The position numbers were made by a program, and so were the translations under genes. From Utricularia gibba (lineage: Eukaryota; Plantae; Magnoliophyta), in the NCBI GenBank assembly GCA_002189035.1, contig CM007989.1:3348001-3412000 (forward strand): a stretch of DNA of 64,000 nt, read 5' to 3'. The notes below the pieces were generated by a model. That model searched no databases. It had not been told where the DNA came from and saw only the letters and a program-made list of their open reading frames with translations. Numbering within the stretch: the first letter of the stretch is position 1; every line of letters starts with the position of its first letter. This document shows positions 28,138 through 39,251 of the stretch, in pieces.

Positions 28138-30766
28138 TTAGTCAAATAGAATCCGCCGCCTGACAGAATTAGATACCCCGGAACTTGAAGTTTTCCTCTT
28201 TCCTTGAGAAGAACCATTACTTGCTTCCATAGATCCTTCATGTTTCTTTTGGGTAAGGGGTTTGGAAAAGCTGTAAAAATCAGTAAGCTTGGATTGGATG
28301 GTTTGAGATCCTGGGGTTTCTAACGGTTCAAGTGATGCCTTCAAATCAAGTTTCAGCTTCCGTTTTGAGGATTTCATTTCCTTCAATTCCTGATGCACAA
28401 ACAATAAATTCTAACATTCACGGGGAAACAGCATAATTGAAAAAACGAATGTGTGTCTCACAGTTTCCTTCTGAAATTGTGCAGCCTTTTCAGGATACGC
28501 CTTTTGGACAAGCTCTACATCTTCTTCAGTCAATATAAAATAACAACCATTTTCTCTGAATGTGTAAACAGAATCCAACTCCTCAGGACAATCCAAACCT
28601 TCGGCATTTTTCATGAACTCATTCTGTAAATCAGAATCTTCAGAATTCATGACCACAGTGCCACTAAAAGAATTAACCACCTTCTTCCATTTAATAACAA
28701 ATACACTATGACCATATGTGGTTTTGATGCGGTGAATCCTGTCAAACTCATACAGTCCACATAACAATGCGTCATTTGTTGGATCTGTGGCCATAGATCT
28801 AAGAAATATGGTAGATAACATTGGAAGTAACTTTTGTCTGATATAAGACGGAGTCCATTGTTGCTGAAAAGCAAGATGATCAACCAAAATTTCTGTAGAT
28901 GGACTAGCCCATCCTATGCATGGTGCATCATCTGCCGAAATGAAAAAAAAAACATATATCTAAATTTCTAATAAATCAAAATTTTCCATCAAAGACTATG
29001 AGTTCAAGCCAGCATACCAGCCCCATGATGCTTCTTGAGGTACATCTGCAGAATTTCGATGTTAGGAAACTTTGGATGTGATGCAATTTTTTGGCAAACC
29101 GATCTCATCCAAGTGGCATTTTTTCTCTTTTCTTTGTCAATCATCTCCTGTTAACAAACAGATTTCTAAGTTATTTTCTGCATAAAAAAGGAGTAGGTAG
29201 AGAAATCCATATGAGAAAACATTTTAGAATAAATAAATGTTTGGTAATTGATAATGATGCCAACTGAAGAATGTGTACCATGCCACATGATGAGCAACAG
29301 CATCGGAATTTAGCTGGTTTTGGCAGGCAATTTTCTCCAGCAAGTGTTTTGCAATATTCACAAGAAAGCTTGAGATGCTCTTTCTTTTTACCAGGATGGC
29401 CACATTGCGAACAATGAGGGACCTTCTGTTTTGGTGACTGTCCATGGGACGAACATGCAAATTCAGCCATACCACTTTCACAAGGAACTATTGCATCTTC
29501 ATTAGCTATTTTATGCAAGCTGTATAGCATGGAAACCAAATGTTATTGGATGATCACACATTGAAAGAGCATGGTCATACTGACCAATCAAAGATCTCAT
29601 CCTCGGAAAAAGACTTGACAAAGCGAACAGCAGTCTCAGTTCCAATTCCCTTCACACCATTTAAATCATGATCATTACCAACCAGCAGGGACACAGCTAT
29701 CAAGTGATTTCTTTTCAGCCCAAGAACAGTCTCAACATCAGATATATGGTAGCACTCAAGAGGCTCCTACCAAAGATTTACAAAACATGTTGATGGAAAA
29801 TAAGCATGATCAAAATGGAATAAGAGGCAGGGAAATACATAACAAGCCCATGAATTCCTCACTTTTGATTTGGGCAGGATTGTCTTGATTACGCATTGAG
29901 CACCATAAAGGAAAGCATCGCTGTCAGCAGTTATACACGCATCAACATACCCTTCCCTATTCAATTCTGCACACAGTGCTTCAGCTTCGGCATTGGCTTT
30001 TAAAACAGGCATTCCTAGAAGCTCAAGCAATACCTGGGATTATATTACAACCCATCAAGATGGAAATCACGAAGGATCTTGCAGACCCATTGTAGACAAA
30101 AGAGAGCAAACTCACAGAATGATTCAAAATGCATCAAAAAACTCAACTCCAGAAAACGCCGCATGAACAAATGAGTTTCATTAAGAGGAATTAAAAGGCT
30201 ACATCTGCTCCACCTACCACACATTCGTCGACACACTTCTGAAATGCTCGATTCCTTTCAACCGACACACCATCCTCAACATCTGGAATTTCTGATGCGT
30301 CAACGCCAGATGATCTAAAAAACCTCAAAATCCTTGCCCGAGATTTTAAAGGGGAAGGAGTCCCATCAAGTACAAAAACAGGATATGCTCCAAACTGCAT
30401 TGCAACAAAAACGAAAAACCATTCTAGTATCACTATCAATCAGTACCTTTACATGATGATTCACCACCCCCACCCAGTGACTTTACCAGTTCAACACCAT
30501 ACGCACGCCCCAAATACTCGCAAACCCACCCACTAAAAAGCCAGGACACAGTAGAAATCCTGTATTTATACCTTGGAGAAAAGATTAACAGTCCGAAAGA
30601 AGGTCTGGCGAATATGGGAGTTTCTAAAACATCCCTTGATGGCGGTTTCGTTCTGCACTATCCAATACGAAAGGTCCACAGCAACTCGCTTGTCCCTCAA
30701 AAAGTCGAATCCCTCAAACCGAGCACAAGGTTTAAGAATATCCCAGAAATGACCCCCGACGCCCAT
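28138..30766 (-). CDS. GEN1: Holliday junction resolvase / flap endonuclease GEN1 (XPG/Rad2 family), intact
   Basis: MGVGGHFWDILKP, VAVDLSYWIVQ, PVFVLDGTPSPLK, AEAEALCAELN, ITADSDAFLYGA, SLLVGNDHD, Cys-rich PHCSQCGHPG, C-terminal QSKLTDFY and SVRRRILFD*. Catalytic acidic residues present. Confidence 0.96.
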
Positions 30767-30878
30767 TGCATTCTAAGAATCGGAGAGTAAAAAGCTGCTG
30801 GCTTTCCTCATAAAAGCAAACAAGAGAGACAGAGAGAGACACACCAGGTTAGAGGTGTAATCCCTTAGAACCGGAATA

Positions 30879-31471
30879 GCGATTTGAATCGAAACTGATG
30901 GTTCGGATTCGGGTTCATTCTAGTATATAGTTTACGTACGATTTTGATTCGGTTCGAACGTGCATCGATCGAACTGATGGTTCATGAACCATCGGTTTAT
31001 ATTGAAATATTAAAATATTTAAAATGTTTATTAAAATATACAGATGAATTAACGAATTTGGCATATATTTATGATTATGTCAGTATCGTTAATTGTGAAT
31101 CATCTACAATGCATCTTTTTTATAATAAATTTTTTAAACACATATGATTTTTTAGGATGTGTGTAATCAATTATGTACAACTATTCTAGACATCCATAAC
31201 AATTATTAATGATATCTAGAAATAATTATACAAAATAAAATTTATTTCCAGCCACCCATAGCCCAATTTAGGTTTCAATTCAGTTTAATGGTTTTAATTT
31301 CAATTGTGAACCCAAATCGTTGGGTCCGATTTCGATTTGGTTCAAGTTTTCGGAATCCAGTTTCAAACCGAAATCGAAACCATAATCTACAACGAATTAT
31401 GGTTTACGAACCAACAGTTCAAAAAAACCATTCAGTTCTAAACTAAAATCGAACAGTTCGAAACAAATCGC
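30879..31471. mobile_element. Degenerate non-autonomous DNA transposon (MITE/hAT-like) remnant
   Basis: Imperfect inverted ends gcgatttgaatcgaaactg (30879-30897) and cagttcgaaacaaatcgc (31454-31471). Many short (g)gttc/aaccg/ttcg subterminal motifs near both ends; very AT-rich core. No TSD or transposase seen. Confidence 0.5.
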
Positions 31472-31869
31472 ATTTCTACACTAGATGACCCTCACGATGA
31501 GTTGGGCCCGATGCAGCCAATTCATCTCCCTAGGCTTTCAACCCAATAACAACCCATTCCCTTTTGAGCCTCGGCCCAATAATCTCTAACGAGTACATCC
31601 ATTTGGATAAATTGGACATTTCACAAACCTAGTACACAACCTTTGACTTTGGCTCTTCCCCCAGGTTAGAGTAGGGTTAACCCCCAAAAGAATTATAACC
31701 GTTTAGATTTTTTAAAATATTATTATCTTATATATTTTGTAATAACATGTTTTTTTTTGCATAGAGAAGAACGGCGCCGTATTATTGACCTCGGTAAACC
31801 CACTTATCTCATTAATCACGGCCGTCCATTCATTAATTAATGAGGTAATTAACCCCTACCCTTCACCCA

Positions 31870-31885
31870 GGGGGGGGGGGGGGGG
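31870..31885 (+). repeat. G16 homopolymer
   Basis: 16 consecutive G at 31870-31885, preceded by C-rich aacccctacccttcaccc. Confidence 0.9.
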
Positions 31886-32497
31886 TGGGTTGTCTTTCGA
31901 AACTTCTGTGTTTCCTCTGGGAGTGAATTCCTGGTGAAATGCTCTTCGTCGGAACTCGCCTTCCCTCGATGATGCAGATTGCTTTGTACAGGCATTGTGC
32001 ATGAAAGTCGTCGTTCCGAGTGTTTGGTGGGTTGGGGATGAAGATTACTTACTGCACAAGGGGAGCTCCACTGCAGATTACGACCTAGGCGTGGTAGGTA
32101 GGACATAATAGAGAAAAATCTAAAAATATTCGATTTCGGTGGTGAAGACATGAGGAGACTTCGCCGGCGGAATTAATTGCACACAAGGTGCTGGATTTTC
32201 TGAAAATAAAGTACCTTCATTCGTTGATCTTCTTTCGATGTCCCTTTGACGAGACCGGAACAAAATCGAAATTGTGTTGAGAAATTACGCGTCTTTGGAG
32301 ATATCCCAGTGTGTAACACCTATCCTTGTTTGCTTATATGAACGTTATGCGAAGTGGGAGCTGCGAAAAAATGTTTCTTTTTGTGTTAAAGTAGACAGAC
32401 CTGGTTTCTTCCTCGTGTCGACTCGGCTACATGCAGAGGTTTTAGAGGAACTTGCTCCTCCTTTTGAAACCGATCCGTTGTTCAGGCGATTGCGAAG

Positions 32498-34210
32498 ATG
32501 ACGAAGGGGAGCAAGCGCGGTATCTGCTTGGGATTTCGTTGACCGAAAGGCCCAAATGGCAGCAGTTTCTGATTTGCGCTTCAGGGTTTTTCTTTGGTTA
32601 CCTTGTTAATGGCATCTGTGAGGTAATTTGTTCGATCTTTCTTGGGTTTACCTTGTTTATAGTGAATCTTTCAATCATGTTACTTGGATCAAGCTGAAAT
32701 GCGTTGTTCTTGCGACTGTGGATGCTTGAGAAGTATGATCTTGCACGCACCTTCATTTTGTTCAATCGGTTGGGCAACAACGTTGAACAAATTTGTATGT
32801 TTTGAGTGAACTCATCGAGCTAGATCTCACTTGATGGTTCTCTTTGCAGGAATTTGTGTATAACAGGCTCCAATTCAGGTGAGACTGAAGTGGAAGCATT
32901 TGTCACTCATCCTTAGTTTCTTCGGTTTGGTTCTGATTAACTGAGAAGTTTTCTGGTTTGAATTGCAGTTATGGATGGTATTTTACATTTGTCCAAGGAT
33001 GGGTTTATGTTTTCTTGATTTATCTTCAAGGATTTACCCCAAGAGACATGCAGAATCCATGGAAAACTTACATAAAACTCTCTGGTGTGCTTATGGGGTC
33101 TCATGGGCTCACAAAGGGGTCCCTGGCTTTTCTCAATTATCCTGCACAGATCATGTTCAAGTCCACAAAGGTGAAAGAAAGCTTCACGTTTTTCATATTT
33201 CTTCCCAAGATTTTCATCTTCTGATCTTCATCAGCTCGATGTTTGTTCTCGTCTTTGAACAGGTACTTCCGGTGATGATAATGGGAGCCTTCATTCCAGG
33301 TCTGAGACGAAAATATCCTCCCCATGAATACTTCTCTGCGCTCCTCTTGGTGGTGGGACTGATTCTCTTCACCCTGGCGGATGCGAAAACTTCTCCGAAC
33401 TTCAGCGTTGCAGGCGTCATAATGATATCCGGTGCCTTGATCTTGGATGCTTTCATGGGAAATTTACAAGAAGTGATCTTTACCATGAACCCAGAAACAA
33501 CACAAGTATATTCCCTTCTTCCTCAAACCATATGATCCCCACCTCCCTGAATCGCCCTTTCCTGATATGCATTACCTTTCGCAGATGGAAATGCTATTTT
33601 GCACAACCCTCGTTGGAATGCCGTTCTTAGTCGTCCCAATGGTGTTAACCGGAGAAATTTTCCGAGCATGGAGTTCTTGTTCAAAGGTAAGGCGGTGTAA
33701 GACCGGATTCATCCCCTTTCCATGTAACTGAAACAGGACAACTTCCCAGGACTATACCCTTGTCTTAATACATCCAAACATTGCCTTTCTCTCCGCAATG
33801 CAGCATCCTTACGTTTACGGGGTGTTGGTTTTCGAAGCAATGGCCACATTCGTGGGACAAATCTCCGTACTCTCCCTCATCGCGCTGTTTGGCGCCGCCA
33901 CTACAGCCATGGTAAGAGACGCCCTCGTGTTCCTATGAAACATGCCAACGCTGTTAAGCTAAAGTCATTGATTCCGGCAGGTAACAACAGCAAGGAAGGC
34001 TGTGACTTTGTTGCTGTCTTATCTGATCTTCACCAAGCCTTTGACCGAGCAGCATTCCACGGGATTGCTGCTGATTGCGATGGGATCGTGCTGAAGATGT
34101 TGCCGGAAAACAAGACCCCGAAGAAGCCGGAGCCCCCTGTTCTGGAGACGGAAGCCCAAGTGTTTCGAATTGGTGTAGATGACGAAGAGGAGAAAAAACC
34201 TTTGGTATGA
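32498..34210 (+). CDS. UDP-galactose/UDP-glucose transporter (UTR2/UTR4-like); as written it has two 1-bp frame breaks (~32506-32509 and ~34082-34085)
   Basis: [122 protein letters not shown], then in another frame [11 protein letters not shown]...[10 protein letters not shown]. Confidence 0.93.
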
Positions 34211-35177
34211 AAGTGCAATGCTCTCTAGATGTTTATCATAAGATGAAGAAACATACAATTACACAAATACCCCCATCAACACACAATTGCTCATTTTCAT
34301 GAAGTGAATTCAACCTCAATTATTGCAAGAGGAATTGTCATCATTTTGAAACCAATCACATTTTATTAAATTCGATTTTATTCTAGTATAATTGTTATAC
34401 CTTTTAAATATATATTTGATCATTTAGTATGAGAATTGATTTTTGAGAATCAATTTAATTATATAAGAAACATAGATGTATAACTTATCATACAAAATTA
34501 TTTTTTAATAATTAATTTTAACAAATGAATTTACCATTAAACTCATTTATTAATATAGAATTATAATTGATATAATTTTTAAAATAAATATTCATTTGAT
34601 AATATTAGTTAAGAGTTTGATAAATATTAATATTATATAATTTATTTTAATTAATTTATAAAAATATGGTTATTAATAAATATGGATAAATATATAATTT
34701 ACTTATAAAGATCACATCTTTTTTTTTACAACATATATCAATTCAATTTTGAATTGATTTTTCCAAATGTTACCTTAATATATGGAGATTTTAAATCAAG
34801 TTTTTATAAGTATATGTTATTAAAATATTGTATATACTTTTGAATTTTTGAAACAATTTATTTACATTTAATTGGTAAAAAGATGTAATTTTTCTTAATT
34901 CAACTTCTTAAATAAACCGAATAAAATAAATTAATGTAGAGATAGTAGAAGCTGAGTGGATAGGGTGGTTAATTACTTACTTACCCCTGAGGGACACGTA
35001 TGGAAAAGTGCTAAACAATGGGTTCACGCCACGTGTCGATCATTAGCATGCAGCGCGACACGCGCCTGGTCTCCGCTTTGTCCTCATAACTCGAAGAACA
35101 CACTCCAGAATGTCATTCGAGAAGATCTCCCCAAAATCAGCCAATAGGAACAACAACAAGAAGAAGAAGAATCACCA

Positions 35178-36092
35178 ATGGCGGATTCAGGAAACGCCGC
35201 CGTTCCATTGGTATCGCATTCGGAGAACAACATTCAGAAAAGACGGCCTCGAGAGCCATGGAAGGGGAGATCGTAAAGAGCATTGTGTACGCAGGTCTTG
35301 ACGCAATCGTCACTTCATTTTCCCTCATTTCGTCCATCTCCGCCGGCCGTTTCTCTTCCGGTAAGGGGTTACTGGAATAAAGCCCTCCTCGGAATTTTCT
35401 GCCCTGATGTCGTCAATTTTTGAATTTCAGTGGATGTTTTGGTTCTGGGATTTTCGAATCTGGTGGCTGATGGTATTTCAATGGGGTTCGGAGATTTCGT
35501 CTCTAGCAGCACGGAGAAGGATGTTGCTCTGAAGGAGCGTTCGGTGACGGCGTGGGACGTCGAAAATCGGCGGGAAGTTCAGGAGCAAGAGCTAATTAGG
35601 CGGTACCAAGTGCTCGGAATGAATTCCAGCGATGCAGCCATGGTATTCACCGAAATTCCTTTTCCAATTCCATCTTTTTTTCCCCAAATGACACCCCGTG
35701 TTTTGAAGATAGTGGAGATCTTGTCCAAGTACCCAGAGATCCTGGTGGATGAGAAAATGGCGACGGAGAAAGGGAGGTTGCCGCCGGAGGAGACAGAGAA
35801 GCCGTGGAAAAACGGTCTGATTACGTTCACTGCGTTCATAATCTTCGGATGTGCTCCCATTCTCGCGTACATCATCCTGATTCCCTTCACGAAAAACCAA
35901 ACCACGAAGTTCGTCGGAGCCTGCGTGCTTTCAGCACTCGCCCTCGCACTTCTAGGCGCCGCCAAGGCCAAGATCTCCGGCCAGAACTACGCCATCTCCG
36001 CCGGCATAACACTCCTGAACGGAGCTATCGCCGGCGCAGCGGCATACGGCATTGGGTGGACTCTCCGCAACGTGGCCGGCTTAGAAGAATAA
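35178..36092 (+). CDS. VIT1/CCC1-family transporter, 3 exons; 1-bp frame break at 35264-35267
   Basis: RPREPWKG then shifted EIVKSIVYAGLDAIVTSFSLISSISAG; intron 35361-35430; DVLVLGFSNLVADGISMGFGDFVSS, KPWKNGLITFTAF, GAAKAKISGQN, IAGAAAYGIGW. Confidence 0.88.
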
Positions 36093-36420
36093 CCTCACCA
36101 AGGCCCATGTCAATAAATCCACCAAAAACGTGTTTTCTGTGCATTTCACCCACGGGCCTTAACAGCCCATCTACCCAACAAAAGCATGCACACACCAAAA
36201 GTAAAACCGTGATTGTCCTGCTCACTACAACCCAACAAAGCAAATTGAATAAAATAAAGGGCTTGACTGGATCTTACACCACGTGTGCACCCGAGGCATC
36301 TAATCTTGCAACGTCGGAACCTTAAACATGAAGCTTACGAGCAAAGGGGGACAATAAAGAGATCTTGGACAGTAGCCGATCCAAAACATTTTGGTTGCCG
36401 GGAAAATAGTTGGGTGGGCG

Positions 36421-36981
36421 GGGGCCACCGGGCCCATCCACGGCGACTCGGGCCGTTAGGTGGGGGACCGGCGGCCGGACGCGCGGCAGCAGCCCGGAGT
36501 AGTGGCCACAAAACTCTATCCCTATTCGCCGAATGTGGGACAACTGGGGGACGGGACCCCTATCCCCCACCCCCTCCCCCCCTCGCGGGCCCCACCGCTC
36601 GGCCTCTTACTACAAACAAGAAACCTTTTTACTGCACTTGTCCCAGCCACTGTAATGAGTACAGAAGGGGGCCACTACCGCACTTGAGCCCGGTCCCACT
36701 ACCCCTCCCACCCAATTAAATGTGGTGGACCCACCCCCGCCCCCACCACCCACGTGGAACGACGTCGGTGCGTAATGGACCCCCAAAAAAACAATTAAAA
36801 CATTAATTAACAATAAACCCACTTCACTTTAACAAATAGAGAAATAAAAATTGGTGGCAATCGGGTCATTAATAAATAATAATAAATTAATAATATATGT
36901 TTATATTTGTCATTCCAGGATACACGGAAATTAGTTATTTAGAATATTTTAAAATCTGTGAAAATCAGACGGGGTGGGCCC
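36421..36981. promoter_or_regulatory. Cluster of TCP-type binding motifs upstream of the TCP gene
   Basis: Exact GGNCCCAC / GTGGNCCC-type matches at 36421, 36588, 36668, 36692, 36725, 36727 and 36974. Confidence 0.6.
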
Positions 36982-37162
36982 CGGTGAACGGCCGACGATG
37001 TAAGTAGGGTGGGTAACTAACAGCCGTTGATGGTCTGGAGGAGAAAGGTTTTTAAATCTAATGGCCATTTATATATACACGCCTCTGTGTGCCCTCCTCT
37101 TCTTGCGCTTTCTTTTTTCGAACATTTTTTCAGGGATTTCCGTTGGGTTTTTGAGGATTTTC

Positions 37163-38187
37163 ATGGCCTCTGGTAAAGATTTGAATACTGATCTTGGAGT
37201 GGGTACCGACAAGAATCAGGAGAGTTATCCACGGCCGTCGTTAATGGCGGCGCTGGCCCCCGTTTTGTCGTTGAAAGCAGAGAGGCGGGACAGTGGAGAA
37301 GATGATAAAGACACACGGCCGCTGCCGCCTCCGCAGCTGACGAAGAGGTCTTCGACTAAGGATCGCCATACGAAGGTTGAGGGACGTGGGAGGAGAATAC
37401 GAATGCCGGCGACTTGTGCGGCGAGAGTTTTTCAGTTGACGAGGGAGTTGGGTCATAAATCCGATGGTGAAACAATCAGGTGGTTACTGGAGCAGGCGGA
37501 GCCGGCCATCATCGCCGCTACTGGCACCGGGACTGTGCCAGCGATTGCTATGTCAGTTAACGGGACTCTAAAAGTTCCGACGAGCGCTACCAACTCCGGG
37601 GCTGGCGAAGATTCGGGGACCGTAAACGAAGATGCCTCTCCGGAGTTGAATTCATTGATATGAACGCCGCCGCACCGCCGCCGTCGAATTCCCCGGTTGC
37701 CCCAGGTAATAATTTATCCCTTGTAAATTCTAATAACTCCGCCATTACATCCGCCTCCGCCTCCACAGTCTCTTCCCCATTAATGCCGGCGATTCCACTA
37801 ACCGCGATGTGGGCAATTCCATCCATGGCATCAAACTCAAACTCATCATCCCCAACTTTTCTTATCATCCCACCCAATCAAACAACCCAGGTAGTAACAA
37901 TTCAGCCCGGCTCCGCCGTAAATGTGACTCCCGTGGTTAATATTTCCACTCCTGGAAGACCAATTTCCGCCTTCGTCGCCGCAATGCAACCCGTAACCGG
38001 CGGCGGCAGCGGCGTCACCCTCGCTCAACCCATCACCCAAATCAATCTCCAGAGCCCTCAGCCCGGTTCCACTCCCTGCTTTCCAAGTCCCAGCAACAAC
38101 AATTCGCTCGCGAATAGAGCTCAGAACTTCAGAGACATCACTCTGCAAGTCCAGGATAAAACCAAACTCTCCTTGCATCCTCACTGA
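37163..38187 (+). CDS. Class I TCP transcription factor (TCP9/TCP19-like), intronless; 1-bp frame break near 37598-37618
   Basis: TCP domain [62 protein letters not shown]. The next frame carries [15 protein letters not shown] (KRKRP..SEFID-type motif) and C-terminal [11 protein letters not shown] (LRDFSLEIYDK-type motif). Confidence 0.92.
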
Positions 38188-39251
38188 TCAACAACTTACA
38201 TCGATCAAAGTCCAAGTGGTTGCGGCGGCGGCGCGAGAAAGTCGCCGGCGGGGGCATTTAGGGACGTAAAGAAATGTGGGGGCCCCGAGGAAATGTTGTC
38301 GGAGAACAAGGGGCCCACCTGGTGAAGAAATGGTGTTTGTTTTGGTGGCCCCCACCGGCGACTTTCTTGGTAGGCCGTAGGAATGGTCCCCAGGGAAACT
38401 GCTATTATTCGAGGGGGGCGAGGGGTGAGGGACCCCGTGAAGTTGGCGCTTGTCGGCCCCCCTAGCCAGTGACCGTGGCCCATACAATGTGGGCCGGGTC
38501 ACCGTGTGGACCCCGCCGCCTTCAACAGCTGTTAATTTCCCTCTGTTTCTCAGCACTATTTTCACTTTATTTAATTTAATTATAATATTAGTCGAACCAA
38601 ATTCAGAAAATTAATTCTCTTTTTGGAAACATATTCAGGAAAGGCGATTCAGAATTAATTTTATTATTGAAAAATATTATTTTTTGTTTCAAAACATTTA
38701 GAAATTTAAACGTATATTATTCTTTAAAAAATTAATAAATCAAAAATTTCAATTTCGAAGACAATTTTTTATCCAATTGCATTGTGCTTCTCGGGCCGAT
38801 CGGGTACTGGGCTTAAACGGTGAGCCCAGCCCAATTAGCGAACGTGGAGGGCGTGCCACTTAGGTGGAGAGGGGAAGGTGGGGACTACCGCTAGGTTGGG
38901 CGGGGAGGGCCCCATGGCGTTTCCGTTTCTCCAGTCTTAGGTTCCCGGACAATAAATGTCACCATCTCTGATATTTAAAAGATGACAAGGGAAAAACCTA
39001 CCAACTTCGTTTCTATTTGCTTTCGTTAAGGGAAGGGTGTTGCTCCAGGGGACCATGAGCTGTTTCTGTTTGTATCCTTTGTACCGCAGCAGTGATTGCC
39101 TTATTGAGGAGAATAAGCATCCCCTAATAACTGAAGCGCCACAGTCATGCAAAATGCTGAAGTGAGGAGGAAGCAGAAGCCAGAAAGAGACAAAACAGGC
39201 AGAAGGGGAAGCACTTTCTACATCAGAGAGGCATAGCAGGCAGCATCATCA

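Noticed and set aside
32050-32069. AAGGGAGCTCC match to the miR159/miR319 3' half (possible precursor or target mimic)
   Set aside because: No hairpin partner. As an antisense mimic the seed-pairing positions mismatch and the 3-nt bulge is misplaced.
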